Part shown: in pieces, positions 1 to 14,170 of the stretch
Layout: every line of letters starts with the position of its first letter
How positions within the stretch are numbered: position 1 is the first letter of the stretch
Source of the DNA: Antechinus flavipes
Taxonomy: Eukaryota
Length of the DNA stretch: 64,000 nucleotides
Direction of reading: 5' to 3'
Assembly: GCF_016432865.1 (NCBI RefSeq)
Contig: NC_067402.1
Span: 40,238,001 to 40,302,000, forward strand
Position numbers and translations under genes: made by a program
The notes under the pieces: model-generated
The model's input: the letters and a program-made list of their open reading frames with translations, nothing else
What the model was told of the DNA's origin: nothing
Databases searched by the model: none

Positions 1-451
1 TACTTGGGTCCTGTATCTCTAAATTTGGCACTCTTTCAGTAATACCAAATTATTTTCTTTTAGAGGCATTGTTAATGCTTGAATAATGATGGGAAATTGA
101 AAATTGCTCATGTCCTTCCTTTTGCCTTTTATTAAAAAATCAAATTCTCTAACCTCAATTTAATAACAAAGACAAAGGATGTATAAATGTCACCCAGACC
201 TGTGGACATCACTTTTGTTTGGGAAATTGACTTTTCCATGAAAGTGGTATTCCATGCCAATGGCATTTTGTTGTACAGTAGAAATCAATATGGTGTGGAA
301 CCAGTGACATTGATTTGGATATCCCACAGATTTAATCATGGCTCCTGAAACCTCCCACATAGAGGAAATGCCGGCAAGCTAGCAGGCCCTTGTCCCTAGG
401 GTATGGGGACTATTCCTGTGATTTCAATGGATATAGGGAATGGAGGAACAA

Positions 452-716
452 GCATTTATCAAGTACCTACTATTGCTAGGCATTGTGCTAATATTATCTC
501 ACTTGATCCTCACATCAACTCTGGGAGGCAGATCTATCATCATCCTTTTTTTGATAATTGAAGAAAATGAGGTAGACAGAATATAAAGACCCCCTACCAG
601 GGTCATCCATTTGGTAAGTGCCTGAAGCTGGATTTGAATTCAGGTCTACTTAACATCATGGCTCAGCACTCTATTCACTGAACTACCTAGCTGCCTATTA
701 CCATGGATTTTTACCA
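452..716 (-). mobile_element. MIR-type SINE (one of many in the window)
   Basis: tattatctcacttgatcctcac...ggatttgaattcaggtct. Further MIR remnants at about 2480-2640, 7040-7200, 15075-15330, 23690-24000, 27620-27860, 35500-36350, 45500-45730 and 53230-53340. Confidence 0.75.
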
Positions 717-744
717 GTTTTAGGTACTAGGGTACCCTAAGTTG

Positions 745-935
745 GGGTTTCTTGAACTTATTCCATTCATAATTCATTTTCACCTGAGAAATTTTTATAC
801 AACCCTAGTTATATGGCATATAAAACAGGTATGCAAATCAAACATTTATCATAATAAATCATACTTTCACAATCTCAGTATTCAGTTATACGACCCTTTA
901 TGGAGTTGTGACCTGCTGTTTAAGAAGCTTTGCCC
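745..935. mobile_element. Possible hAT-type MITE remnant
   Basis: acgaccc...gttgtgacctgctgtttaagaagct resembles the recalled ends of hAT non-autonomous elements. Confidence 0.3.
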
Positions 936-1320
936 CAGGTGAAAATTATTCTCCTTCTAAGTCACTATTTACAAGAAACTTTGAACCTTCACCACGGGAC
1001 TTGATTTTACCCCAAACAAAATAGCCTTGCTATGGAAAGTAGAAGTTTTTAGTGTTAAAAATATGCACTTATCTTTGTTATTGTTTGGCATTTTTCAGTT
1101 ACATCTGACTGTTCATGACTTGATTTGAAGTTTTCTTGGCAAAAATATTGGAGTGGTTTACAATTTCCTTCTCTAGATCATTTTACAGATGATGAAACGA
1201 AGACAAACAGATATGTCCAGGGTTGTACAACTGGGAAATGTCTGTGGCTGAATTTGAACTGAAGGAGATGAATCTTCCTCCAGGTCTAGTACTGCATCCC
1301 CTAGCTGCCCCTATGCACTT

Positions 1321-1600
1321 AATTTTTTTTAAATAATAGCTTTTTATTTTCAAAATACATACAAAGTTTTCAACATTCAAACTTGCAAAACCTTGTGTTC
1401 CAAAATTTTTTCCTTCTCTTCTCCTCCCTTCTTCCCCTAGACAGCAAGTAATCTAATATGTTAAACATGTGCAATTCTTCTATCCATCTTTCCACATTTA
1501 TCATGCTGTAGAAGAAAAATCATACCAAAAAGTAAAAACAAAATGAGAAAAAAGCAAACAATAATAATAAAAAGTTGAAAATATTATTAGTGTGTCTAAA
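1321..1600 (-). mobile_element. Marsupial L1 3' UTR fragment
   Basis: T-rich tail followed by the recalled L1 3' UTR in reverse; reverse-complementary to 50105-50290. Confidence 0.8.
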
Positions 1601-2204
1601 ATTTAATAAATCACAGAGTGAATCAACAACCTGATAATAGTTGAAACAGGTGGCTGGATCACTGCAAATTGTATGTAACATATAAAATTTCCCCAAGTAA
1701 CTGAACCCTTTTTATCCAGCTATTTGGCAAGATTTAAGGGTCAAAATTATTTTTAAAAACCTACAGACTTGAAAAGAATTTGAGGAAAACTTGACAGACC
1801 CTGGATGATGTGTGACTCTGAAAGTAAAACATTTCCCAGTTGGCTCTGTTGTTGAGCAGTGCTCTATCATGGCGGGCTCCCTTTAAGAATTTGGTTTTTC
1901 AAAATGGGGAAGAAAAACCTGCTTGGTGTATTTTTTCCTGTTTGATTTTACATTAGTGTACATCTTCACTTTTTCTTCCCCTTCTTTAAATGGAGCTTCA
2001 CCTCTTAGGAAGTAAAACTTGCTTTGAAGAGCCAAACTGGGTGTGGCGTGTTGAGCAGAATTCATCTGTTAGTACAGGTATTCTTAAACTTTCTTGCATT
2101 ATGGACTTATTTGGTAGTTTAGTCTACCAACTTCCTTCTCAGATTAATATTTTTAAATGCAAAAACATACAGGATTGCAAAAAAATCAATTATGATGGAT
2201 TTTG

Positions 2205-2415
2205 CGGTTGTTCAGTCACATTCAATTCTTCATGACCTCATTTAGGGTTTTCTTAGCAAAATGCTTTGCCATTTCCTTCTCCAGCTCATTTTTTTAGATT
2301 AAAAAAAAGAAGGTTAAATAACTTGATCAGAATCACACAGCTAGGAAGGGTCTGAGAGGATTTGAACTCAGGAAGAAGTCTTCTCTGACTGCTTGATATA
2401 CTATCCATTGTCCCT
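2205..2415 (-). mobile_element. Mar1-like CORE-SINE
   Basis: gttgttcagtc...ggttttcttagcaaa...ccatttccttctccagctcatttt. Confidence 0.8.
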
Positions 2416-3584
2416 ATATTGAACTAGAGGCAAGTAAATAGAACTATGCATAGAACTCTGCATATATAGTAGCTCAAATTCTACCTCAGACACTCATTAG
2501 CTGTGTGACTGGGCAAATACTTCCATTTCTTCATTTATAAAATTAGGCTGAAATAGCATGTACCTCTCAGGTTTCTTATGAATATAAAACAATATTTATA
2601 AAGCACATTGTAAACCTCAAAGCACTTAATAAATGCCAGCTATCATCATACAGTTAAAATTTTTTTTTTCATTCACACTCCAGGCCAAGAAGCTTTAGGG
2701 TAGAAATTTCAAGGGGAGAATTACTTCTTAATAAAGAAAGAAACCAAGTCCTTTTACAATAGCCTTTGTCTTTTGGAAAAATTAAAGTTTGAGACTGTGC
2801 TTGAAAATAGAGCCCAGATTGATCAGCACCTGGTTTTAAAACTCTGCTGCCCAGACTTAAGACTACTTTAGTTATGTCTGCTCCTGAGGTGATGAGGTAT
2901 ATCTGGAAATAGCTGCCTGCCAGGGATGTGTTGGAGCCACTCAAAACTCTTATGAGTGCTGTTAAATTTTCAGTGTATTTGTTTATATCTCAGAAATCGA
3001 CAAATGCTTCATATCAGAACTTAATTTTTTTGTTTCCTTGATTGTTTAGACTTAAGAAAGTAATGGAGAAAATATAAATAATATAGATTAAACTTAAAAG
3101 TGTGTCATGGTTATATACAAAGAGTTGGTTGTTAAACATTGAGTAGTATACCCCTAAAACTTAATAATCTGCTCTCAATTTAAATATCCTGTATTTTAGA
3201 AATTTCTACACTCCTGTTCCATTACAGTGTTATGACACTGATTCACAATGTGCATCATTAAAGAAAAAAATAAAATTACAAAAAGCCTCACGAGTTCCTT
3301 GAAAAAAACAGCCTCGTTCTTTGCCCTCAAAAAGTTAAGAATACCAAACTGAGAGGCCGGATGCCTCAAGGCAGTTAAAAGTTTTAGAAGGACCGCAAAG
3401 TATAAACAACCATCCAACTGGAAGACTGCCACATCTGAGGGTACAATTTGGGGCCTCTATTTTTCCCCTTGTCACAATAAATGCCTATTTTGTGCTAAAA
3501 TCTGTTTCACGGTTTGATTTCCTCTTTTCACAGACCCCTTCCTCTGAGAAACTGAAATATTTTTACAGACTTAAAAAAACTGTT

Positions 3585-3900
3585 ATTGACAGAAGGACAC
3601 GTGGCAGATTGAAGGAGGTTTGACATGTTTCAGGAACGAGAAATGACATCACACATATCCTTGGAGACAAAAGTAGCAGCCTGGAAAAGGAGGTGGTGTT
3701 TCATGTATGGAGAGCCAGACAAGGGCTGAACATTTTGAAAGGTACATTGGTACCTTTGTGATGTGAAAAGAAGCTGAGAAAGGACCCCAGTGTATTGGGT
3801 AGATCTTCCACAGAGGATTTATAGAAAGACATGGACCAAAGTCACATAAGATGGGTTAGAATCTGGGATCCGTTAAGGGAGACACATGGTAAAAAGATGA
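3585..3900 (+). mobile_element. RTE-clade LINE 3' end
   Basis: Degenerate translation RRW...HWYLCDVKRS*ERTPVYWVD resembles the RTE ORF C-terminus (WYPRDVKRSRGRP...RWVD). Confidence 0.75.
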
Positions 3901-4084
3901 ATAGATTGGATGATGAGTGGATACATTCCACCATAATGCTCCAGCCTGACCATATGCTGAAGGAGCAGGTTATCGGGAAAGTTATTAGGTGAGATGGGAT
4001 GGTACATGGCTCCTATTTCTGCCACCAAACTTCCTTCTGATAGGATTCTGAGTCACACAGTTTAAGGATATTGATTGATAATCT

Positions 4085-4470
4085 GGAGAGTGTCTGAAAT
4101 AGGGAAACCAGCTTGGTGGACACAGCTGAGCCTGTGTTGTGTGAAGATAGGCTAGGGATGGTTAACCTGAAGAAAATAAGATTCAGAAGGGACATGATAG
4201 TTGTCACTGAGTATTGTTTGGTCCCACATGATAGAACCAGAAATAGTGAGTATACAAAGGGGCCATTTTTGGTGTCCAAAACCCCTTTCTAACAATTAGA
4301 GCTGTCACAAAGTAGAATGAGATGCTAGGAGAGATGGCGGCTTCCCTATCCTTGGAGCTTCAGATGGACAATGGATGGCCACTTCTTGGCTGTGGGAGGG
4401 AGGGGCTTCTTTTGCACAGGGATTGGGCCAGATGGCCATTGAGGTCCCCACCAACTCTCAAATTCCATGA
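4085..4470 (+). mobile_element. L3/CR1 3' end
   Basis: tttctaacaattagagctgtcacaaagtagaatg...ggccagatggccattgaggtccccaccaactctcaaattccatgattc resembles the L3 3' terminus. Confidence 0.75.
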
Positions 4471-6172
4471 TTCAGTGAGGTGATGTAGCCATGTAGCAAT
4501 GCAACTCTCTATATCCATTTATGATTCATATCCCAGAGAGGATTATGACTCAAAAAATGGGGAAGAATCTACTTATTAAAAGGTCATTGGATCACAGACA
4601 GGGCTGAAGGCATCTCAGACATCATCTAGTTACATATTATAAGTTCAGGAGCCCTAGAAAAGCTCTACCCAGTGTTTATTGACTCCCTAATACCTGGAAT
4701 CCTCTGTTGGAGATCAGAGATTCATTCAAGGGAACACAGTATCACCGGCTCAAACTCGAAGGGACTGTGGAGTCTACAATCCTTCATTTTACAGATTCCT
4801 TTGTTTCCTATGTGAATGGAACTAGTCATGGGAGAAGATAACCCATCAGATGTCATCAATCATATCCATATGATTATATTTATTGAGACTTGTGTTGATC
4901 TCACGCTTATAGGCAGATGTAAGAGTGAGATTGCTTTGGGAGGCTGAGGTAGAGCACCCCTGAAACAGAAGCTAAAATGTATAGCGGTCGCAGTCCATAC
5001 TGGGAAGAGCCTAACTTTGTAGTCAGAGAACCAGGGTGGAAATTTCTGCTCTGCCATGTCTACTTTTATAACCTCAGAGAAGTCACTTAATTTCTATGCA
5101 CCTCAGTTTCATGAATTATACATTAAAGGGGTTGGATTAAATGAACTTTAGGGACTCTTTTCATCTCTATATTCTGTAATCTTGTAGGATGACTGCATTT
5201 AGAGACCTTTTTCACCATTTATCCTAGGGTTGGTCCCAACAAAGGGGTTATGGTGGAATGGGGAGATACCCTTCTCCCCTGACTGGCATCTTTTGGTATA
5301 AGAGAGATGGGAATAGAGCCCACTCACTGCCTCGGAAATACTTGGAACATCAAAGCAAATAAATGTTGTTTAGTCATTTTTGAATGGTGTCTGATGCTTC
5401 AGGACCTTTTTGGGGTTTTCTAATCAAAGATACTGGAGTGATTAGTCATTTCTTTTTCCAGCTCATTTTACAGATGAGCAAACTGGGGCAGAGTTAAGTG
5501 ACTGCCCAGAATCACCCCAACTACTAAATGTTTGAGGCTGAATTCATGAAGATGAGCCTTCTGGACGCCAGATCAGGTAGTCTCTCCCCTGCACCCTTTA
5601 CCTGCCTCTAAAAAAATGTTAGAGACCTTTCTTTCTCACGTTCACTCCAGGTAATATTTCCTACATAGTATAGATTAAAGAGCAGAGTGGAGGTTAGGGA
5701 GAATCCAGAGTAAGGCCATCCTGAGCTAGTCTCAGCTGAAATTCCTCGTCCTTTGGACCAAATTAGCTCATCTTGTCTCCTGGAAAACATGAAATCATGA
5801 TGTGTGTATGATGACATTGTCTCCATTTTCCAGCATGTATTTGTGAGCAACACAATTGCAGTATTAAAAAAAAAAAGACCAAAAAAAAAAAAAAACCCCT
5901 ATTCGCACATCTGGATTCCAACTTGGAGAGGAAAATGAGAAAAAGCAGAAGTTGGAAGGGAGGACCTTTTGTACTGTTTTATTTCCTAAAACATTAAATC
6001 CCACACTCCAGAGTATGGCTGTGAGAGCTCTGTGAACTTCAGTATTTCATAAGCCCCAAATTGAATTTATCCTTACAGGAGACAGAGAACAAAATATATC
6101 CCTCTAGATTCTGAAAATATGTTCCCATGAAGGCTATAGTGGTCGCTTAGAGTTCCATCTTTGGATATAAGC

Positions 6173-6174
<2 letters not shown>

Positions 6175-6224
<50 letters not shown>

Positions 6225-6550
6225 TGTGTGTGTGTGTGAGACAGAGAGAGACCGAGAGAGACAGAAGCAGAGACAGACAGACACAGAGACAAAGAGAGAC
6301 ACACGGAGACAAAGACACTGAGAGAGACACACACAAAGACATACTCAGAGGCAGAAAGACACAACAAAGAGACACACACACACAGATGCACAGAGACAGA
6401 GACAAAGACAGAGACACCCAGAGACAGAAACCTAAGAAAGACATACACAGAGAGACAGAAAGACACACAAAGAGAGAGAGACAGAGAAAGACAGAGAGTG
6501 AGAGACAGAGCAAGACAGAGAGAAGGGGGGAGACGGGAGGGAGAGATTCA
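6175..6550. repeat. (TG)32 microsatellite fused to a degenerate GAGACA purine-rich tract
   Basis: TG repeat at 6175-6238 with one TA interruption, then GAGACA/GACA-rich sequence to ~6550. Confidence 0.97.
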
Positions 6551-7234
6551 TCTAACATACATTCTCAGGAGCAGGCACTGAGAATAAAAGAAATGAGAAA
6601 TCCTGCTGTTTCCCATGGAGAGAAGGAACGAGCTCATAGGATGGACACCTGTGGTCCCTTGGGGAAGCAGATCTAATTTTAAACCTAACATTCTCTACAA
6701 CATCCCTTCCACAATGGAGTGACCCTGGAGAAAAGCAAGGAAGCTCACGAGTTCTCACTGTCTTCCCTTTCTCTTTGCCCCACCAGGGTGAGGGGTGCCA
6801 AAAACATCCACGTTCTTGTGGTACTATTGGGAGAAGCTGATGAAGGGTTTTTAAAGTGGGAATTGGGGGAAAGGCTTTTTAAATTTTTTAAAGTGGGAAT
6901 CGGGCCAGTCGTGGCTTCAAGAATCATGGAATATTGGAACCCAAAGATCTAGCTGTCCCTCTCTTCAGATCCCAAATGGGTGGAGAGGTGTCATGCATGT
7001 GGCAGCTGAATGATTTCATGGACTTGGATGCAGCAAAGGCTGAGTTCAAATCTTAGCTCAGGTACCTGGCAAACCACTTAACCTCTGCCTTAGTTTACCT
7101 AATCGCAAAAGAGGGATAATAATAGTATCTACCTCACAAGGCTGTCGTGCAAATTGAATGAGAATACATTTGTAAAGCACTTTGTAAACCTACTATGTTA
7201 AATTACTAAAAGTATGATATTAAAGTTAGCTATT

Positions 7235-7335
7235 ACTACTACTAGTAATGGTGGTGATGATGGTTGTAGCAGTAATAGTAGTAGCAACAGCAACAGCAGC
7301 AGTAGTAATTAGTGGTAGTAATTAGTGGCGGTGGT
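7235..7335. repeat. Degenerate trinucleotide tract (TAG/CAG/TGG)
   Basis: tagtaatggtggtgatgatggttgtagcagtaatagtagtagcaacagcaacagcagcagtagt. Confidence 0.8.
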
Positions 7336-7867
7336 AGCAATACATAGCAGAAGCATACATGTATACAGAAGTTTGTATTTTACTTACTACTTTCTCTTTT
7401 CTTTACATTTTCTTAACCTAATATCAGTTGGGGTCATTTTTCCTTCTTCCTCCTGCATCTTCCAGGGGGTCGTTTTCCATTCCCTGGCTCCCATTCACCC
7501 GAGCACACAGACAGTCCATCTGTCATCTCTCTGTGGACCATATGGACCATCAGTCTCTGCTCAGCACCATATAAAGCTTGAGCCACATTTGACTCTCGGG
7601 GGAATCCAGGTTTCTTAATCAAAATGTTTGCCAAGTGAAAGCTGAAAACTTCATGGTTTATTGAGGAATAGCGGACTTCTCTTCCCAAGTCCACATCCAG
7701 AGCCGACATCCAGAACTACTGGTAGCTGACAAGAACATAATTCAAGTCAAAGAATTTGTTTTCCTCCTTCTTGGTAATTTAGTCTATATTGTCACCTATT
7801 GGCTTAATATGGATGGAGCCAAACTTCTTTATTTTCTTATCACAGTTATCTTCAAAATAGAGTACCA

Positions 7868-8080
7868 AGCTTGTATTCAGGAAGAACTGAGTTCAAATGC
7901 AGTCTCGGATACTTACTACTAGCCCTGTGACCCTGGCCAAGCTATTTTGCCTTGTTTTGCCTCAGTTTCCTCTTCGATACAATGAGCTGGAGAAGGAAAT
8001 GGGAAACCATTCTAGTATCTTTGCCAAGAAAATCCCAAATGGGTTCACGAAGAGTCATACATGATTGAACAACAACAACA
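7868..8080 (+). mobile_element. Mar1-like CORE-SINE
   Basis: ggagaaggaaatgggaaaccattctagtatctttgccaagaaaatccc...tgaacaacaacaac (RTE-type tail). Confidence 0.85.
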
Positions 8081-9040
8081 CAGCTTTTAAGGCAGGATCT
8101 GAGACCTTCTTTTGATGCAATATTCCCTACCCTACTTCAACACCTAGGGCTATTTTCTTTTGTTTAAAGTCAGAGATCCATTCCAATTCCATTTTTAAAT
8201 GGCTGTAAAACAATTGGAAAGGAGTCTTTTTTCTTTTGTTGCTATACAAACATATTCCAAAGGCTTTGCCAACATCAGGGACAGTTGCCAGGCACCAGAC
8301 TACTCATTGTTTTGAGACTTGAAATAGTCAGGGTTATAAATAAGATGATGAGCTAGTAGTGTTTAAATCCCTTCACAGTAGGTTAGGAAAAGCTGCAGAG
8401 CAGGGATTATTGGGCCAAGGACAGGGTCAAGAGTCCAGGAACTGAATGTAAGGTTCAGTTTGTGGAATCAATCTGGCATCTAAGCTCAAAGGAGACCCTG
8501 GGTCCTATCCAAGGGGTTGGATTTAAAGGATCGGGAGATTTCCGTATTCTTCAACAAAGTCACTTTTCCTCCAACCTCCTCTGGACATTCAATTGTAGGC
8601 ACAAAGAAAGTCAGAGATCATTTAATTCAACTTCATAATTTTATTTATTTATCTAACACTTATTTTAATGAAATTTTTATTTCTCTCTATTTTAAAGGTA
8701 AGGAATCTATAGCCCAGAGAGAGAAGGCATTTTACCCATTGTCACACATCTAGTAAATTGTATACAATCATATTCAAATCTAGCTCTTCTTATTTTGGAT
8801 TCATCAATTTTCTTGCTAGAATGCACTCCATATTTTTTTGCTTCTTCATTATAGTCATTACTTTTTTGTTAATTTATTTTGGTTGAGGAAGAGGGGACAG
8901 TTCTTTATTTATTTCCATCGTGCCTTTAAAAAAATGTTGTCCACATGCCAGAAACAAATTAGCTTCCCTCTCTCCAATTCTCCTTTGCTCATTGATTCTG
9001 AACCAATTGAGGAGGGATGATTTGAGAGTAAATCAGTGAC

Positions 9041-9772
9041 NNNNNNNNNNNNNNNNNNNNNNNNNNNNNNNNNNNNNNNNNNNNNNNNNNNNNNNNNNNN
9101 NNNNNNNNNNNNNNNNNNNNNNNNNNNNNNNNNNNNNNNNNNNNNNNNNNNNNNNNNNNNNNNNNNNNNNNNNNNNNNNNNNNNNNNNNNNNNNNNNNNN
9201 NNNNNNNNNNNNNNNNNNNNNNNNNNNNNNNNNNNNNNNNNNNNNNNNNNNNNNNNNNNNNNNNNNNNNNNNNNNNNNNNNNNNNNNNNNNNNNNNNNNN
9301 NNNNNNNNNNNNNNNNNNNNNNNNNNNNNNNNNNNNNNNNNNNNNNNNNNNNNNNNNNNNNNNNNNNNNNNNNNNNNNNNNNNNNNNNNNNNNNNNNNNN
9401 NNNNNNNNNNNNNNNNNNNNNNNNNNNNNNNNNNNNNNNNNNNNNNNNNNNNNNNNNNNNNNNNNNNNNNNNNNNNNNNNNNNNNNNNNNNNNNNNNNNN
9501 NNNNNNNNNNNNNNNNNNNNNNNNNNNNNNNNNNNNNNNNNNNNNNNNNNNNNNNNNNNNNNNNNNNNNNNNNNNNNNNNNNNNNNNNNNNNNNNNNNNN
9601 NNNNNNNNNNNNNNNNNNNNNNNNNNNNNNNNNNNNNNNNNNNNNNNNNNNNNNNNNNNNNNNNNNNNNNNNNNNNNNNNNNNNNNNNNNNNNNNNNNNN
9701 NNNNNNNNNNNNNNNNNNNNNNNNNNNNNNNNNNNNNNNNNNNNNNNNNNNNNNNNNNNNNNNNNNNNNNNN
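9041..9772. other. Assembly gap (732 N)
   Basis: Run of N. Confidence 1.
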
Positions 9773-11794
9773 ATAGCCAAAGCTTCAACCAGAAAGCACT
9801 AAAACTTCATCTAACACAAAAGTTCTCTCAGATCAGTTTTTAAAGAAAAATTCAGTTGAGAGAAGGTGGGGCAGAGGGACTTTGAGGAAAGAACTCATGC
9901 CACAAATCACTGTATGGGCAGCCACCCAAGGACACTAGTGACCCTGGATCACTTCAAGGCTTTGACAGGAAGAGGGAACAAGCTATCTGGCAGTTTCTTA
10001 TTTTAATTAATTATTCTTGCTGCATGCATATGCCAAGCACATTTGTTTCTACCTGCTGAAAGGTACAGATTTTGTCATTACTGTCTAAATTTCAATATTC
10101 TGGGACAAAGCCTCAGTTACCCCACCCTAGTTAGGATCTTGTGAGAATCTCCTGGGTGCTGGTCCCTCTGCTCTTTCCCCCTAAGTCTTATATTCAACTT
10201 GTTATTAACATTCAGTCCTAAAAAGACTCAACCCCCATACTGAACCTCCTTATTCTGGGACAGAACGTGCAGTACTCTCTTTGTCCCTTACCCTCCCTCC
10301 TTCTCCCTCAATTCCCATTCCCAAGGAAGTAGGAAAGAGCACCCGCTAGAATCAAACGGTCTCCACTATATAACTTTGGTCAGGTTCCTTAACTTCCCTG
10401 TGTCTCAGTTTCCTCACTTCTAAAATGAATCAGCTCTCCATGATCCACCCCTCTTATACCTCCCTCCCCCTTCAGTTCCCACACACTTGGATTTCCAAGT
10501 GATTATGTGTCCTGCTGCTTGTGCTCCATCCGTCTCAGCTCCTTACAGCCTCCTCTTCACGGCTCAGATGGAAGCCAAGAGCTCCTTCCTCCATGGGGGC
10601 TCCCCACTACAGCCTCCCTTTTCTTCTCTCCCACAGATGCGTCCACATGTTCCTCCCTCCAGGCTCCCACTGATCTGTGTCACGCCACCTTCGTATGTGT
10701 AGGTTCCTTTTCCTCCTCTCTCCTCATATGTCTATGACAGGCTGTCATTCCCAAGGGTGTCGCCCCAAGGACCCCGTAACCATCAGCCTCCCTGAGCAGG
10801 GTACACTCTGTGAGAAGGGAACAGAGCTGCCTCTCATGTCTGTCCAGCCCAGTGGAGGGAGAGGAGCCAGCAGGCATGGTCCTGGGCTGCCCGGCTCCTG
10901 GAAGCCCCCAGCCTGTCACTGAGCACTGTCTATGGCACTTGTCTATTTTTGTAACATGTTTTAAAGCCATTTTCAGAAGGCTTGATTTTTCAGCCAAGAC
11001 CCCCTGCTGAATAGGCAAAATATTATGTCACTTTTCCAACTAAGGGATTCAAACTTTTATAAGGGAAAAGAACAGTAAATTTGAAGCTGGAGAATTCAGA
11101 TTCTTGTTATTTACTGCCTGGCTGATACTGGACAAGTCATTACTTTGGACCTCAGTTTACTTATTTGAAAACCGAGAGGCTTAGATTAGCTGAACGTTGA
11201 ACTTCCTTCTGGCTCCAAATCTATGATGTGATGTAAATGTTCAAGGTTTCAAATCAATTAGTGGGAGGATGAAGATTAGAACTCACAGCAAATGACCACC
11301 TTCCCAGTTCATCTCAACCCAACAGTCAATGAGTGCCTAAATTGTGAGAGCTGCTGATGCCCCAGGATGCACTGAGTGCCTTTTCCCTCCAGGCAGATGC
11401 TTTTAGACTTACCATTTTATCCACACACTGAGCGTTTTAGTTGGAAGCATCTCAGCTCTGGCTTCCAAGACCCCCCATGGGTGTTACTAGCATTTGGAAG
11501 TGGCTGCAGGAAATGTCAGATTTTAGGTTAATGGGAGAGCCTGGCGATTTCCAAATATTCCCACTCACCACTTCGAAGGCTCTAAGCACAAATGTGTTCA
11601 GGTACTTTTTGGCTAGTGACAGGGGAAGTCAGGGGCACTGGGGGATGAGCAGTTCCTAACTGGTCTCTTTGTTCTCACTTTCCAGTCCATCCCGAGTTTC
11701 TGCTCTAGTCTATCAAAGCAGATAGGATCTAATGGTGATTTAAAGTAAAATCAGTATCACAAGTATAAGATTGGGAGCATTTCAAAAAATCAAA

Positions 11795-12440
11795 AGTCAA
11801 GTATTTATTTAATACCTATTGTGTGTCAAGTAGGGCTGCTAGGAGATACACAGGCTAGATCAAACTACCAGATTGAAGCCAGAAATATCAAATGTGGCCT
11901 CAGATACTTACTAGCTGTGTGACACTGGACAAGTCACTTTATCCCTATTTGCCTTGGTTCCTTATGTGTAAAATAAACTGGAGAAGGAAATGGCAAACAT
12001 CTCCAGAATCTTTGCCAAGAAAACCCCAGGGTGAGGAGGAGTCGGATACGACTGAACAACAATCATCATGACAACAATACCAGGGAATGTGCTAAGAGCT
12101 GGGGAGATACAAAGAAAGGAAAAATCGATCCCTGCCTTGGAGGAGCTCACGCTCTAATGAGGAGAGACAACAAGCAAACAACTGTGTACAAGCAAACTAC
12201 AGACAAGAAAAATTGGAGGTAATGAGTCAGAGGAAAGACACTAGAATTAAGAGGGGTTGGGGAAGGCTTCCTGTAAAAGGTAGGATTTATTTGGGACTTA
12301 ACGGAAGCCGGGGAAGTCAGTAGGTAAAGATGAGAGGGAAATCATTCCCAGCATGGGGGAAGAAAATGCCTAGAGACAAGAGATGGCGTCTATAAGACCA
12401 TAGAACATGGAGGAGACCAGTGTCACTGTATCAAAGAATA
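11795..12440 (-). mobile_element. L2 fragment interrupted by a Mar1-like SINE (11875-12065)
   Basis: caagtatttatttaatacctattgtgtgtc...gggatacaaag...aaggcttcctgta; the nested SINE ends in gatacgactgaacaac. Confidence 0.7.
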
Positions 12441-12454
12441 TATGTATCACATAT

Positions 12455-12590
12455 TTCTACCATCTAGGGGAGGGTGTGGGGGAAGGGGGTGAAATTAGAA
12501 TACAGGGTTTTTTGCAAGGGCTAATGGGAAGAATTGCCCATGCATATATTTTGAAAAATAAAAAAAACTTTAATTTAAAAAAAAAAGAAT
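12455..12590 (+). mobile_element. Short L1 3' end with A tail
   Basis: gggtttttgcaagggctaatg...atatattttgaaaaataaaaaaaac followed by A runs. Confidence 0.65.
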
Positions 12591-14004
12591 ATATGTATCA
12601 AAGAATACATGGTGGAGACTGGACTAAAAGGATATTTGAAAAAAGATCCGGATGTTTTACTAGGCTAATCAAAATGAATGTGAGACACAGTGCCCGAAGT
12701 GAGGAAGGTGGGCATCTGCCCATAGCCTCCCGCATCTGGACTCTTGTGCCATTTGGACAATAGAACTAAAAGTCCCCACCTCTCCTTATGAAGTGGAGAA
12801 GCCACCAGTCCATCATGTCGGTGGTGACGACAGCAGACAGGAAGTGGGTCCATGTCCCCAGAAGCCAGCAAACTTCTGACATCCCAGATTTTACCTCATT
12901 TTGGAGTCAGACCCAGTCATTGGCAGGACCTCAAGGGATGTGGTTCACAGTGGCCACTGCACATTGCAGAGAGGAAACACAAATCGTCATCTTCCCTGTA
13001 CAGGTCCCCAGACCCGGACCCTGACGGCTTGGCTCACCCGCAGCTTCCAAGGGAGTCTGCAGCAGGATCCCTGCCAAGTCAAAGTAGGAGCCGAGGCTCG
13101 ATGGGGAATTAGGCCTCCTGGCCCCTTGGAGCATTGTTCCCTGCCTGTGGTCACCGAGGGACATCCTGTTTCTGGGAAGGGAAAAGGAAAAGGGAACAGG
13201 AGCATAAATTCGTGGAAATCGGGTTCCATGTTATGATGGAAATTCTATCCCCCACCTTCCTTTTGTGTTTCTAGATGCAGGCTTTTCCTGAATAATCCTG
13301 GGCATTCTTTGCTTTGACCAGACACCTCATCCTTGGGCAGGAGGTAGAAAGGGAGAAGTGAGACTTTGTTATTTGTTTTAATACCAGAAAACTGTGAACA
13401 TCCTAGAACTTGGACCCTCCTCTTGGATATGGCTTGCAGTCCTCAGTCTTGTCTTCCTTGTTTCTTGCCTGCCCTTCCTCCCTCACTGGAGGGGCCAAGA
13501 GGCAACAAATGTTATGCATTTAGGAAAAAAAGGACCAAGCTTAAATATCCATTATTATGACAACTGAGTATGACAAGCTGAAATAGCACATGTTTCCCCA
13601 ATCCCCATCCATACATGGGTAGCTTGCAGACTTAATTGTGCTAGACTGACTGATTCTAAATTCATTACATTTTCCATTTTCCAATGTTATTGAATAAAGG
13701 CAGCCCGGTTAAGAAGTTTTTTTAAACCAATTTGGGTGATAGAAGATGATGGGCTGGACAATAGGGAATAGATGCTATTTTAATAAATAATTTAATATCC
13801 ACATTATTAAATATTAAGTATGCTGATATTCATATTATCTAAAAGAGTAAATAATTTACTCCCATATAACACATTCTTGAAAAAATGCAATATTGCTAAA
13901 TAAGATATAGTATATATCAATATAATATCTATAAAAAAGAAATATCTGGATGTTTCCAAACAATGACTTTATTGTTATTGTCTTTTTTTTTTTTTTTTTT
14001 TTTT

Positions 14005-14170
14005 AGCTGTGAATGACTCTTCATGACCCTGTTTGGGGTTTTCTTGGCAAAGAGATTGGAGTGATTTGTCATTTCCTTCTCCAGTTCATTTTATGGATGA
14101 GACAACTGAAAGAAAAAGGCTTAAATGAAATGCCCAGGATCACATAGCTACACCTACTAGGCTACCTAAC
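14005..14170 (-). mobile_element. Mar1-like CORE-SINE
   Basis: gactcttcatgaccctgtttggggttttcttggcaaag...ccagttcattttatggatgag. Confidence 0.8.

Noticed and set aside
6073-6676. Overlapping 110-171 aa ORFs
   Set aside because: Translations of TG and GAGACA repeats. The same applies to the ORFs at 32875-33402.
8989-9788. 246-263 aa ORFs
   Set aside because: Artefacts of the N gap.
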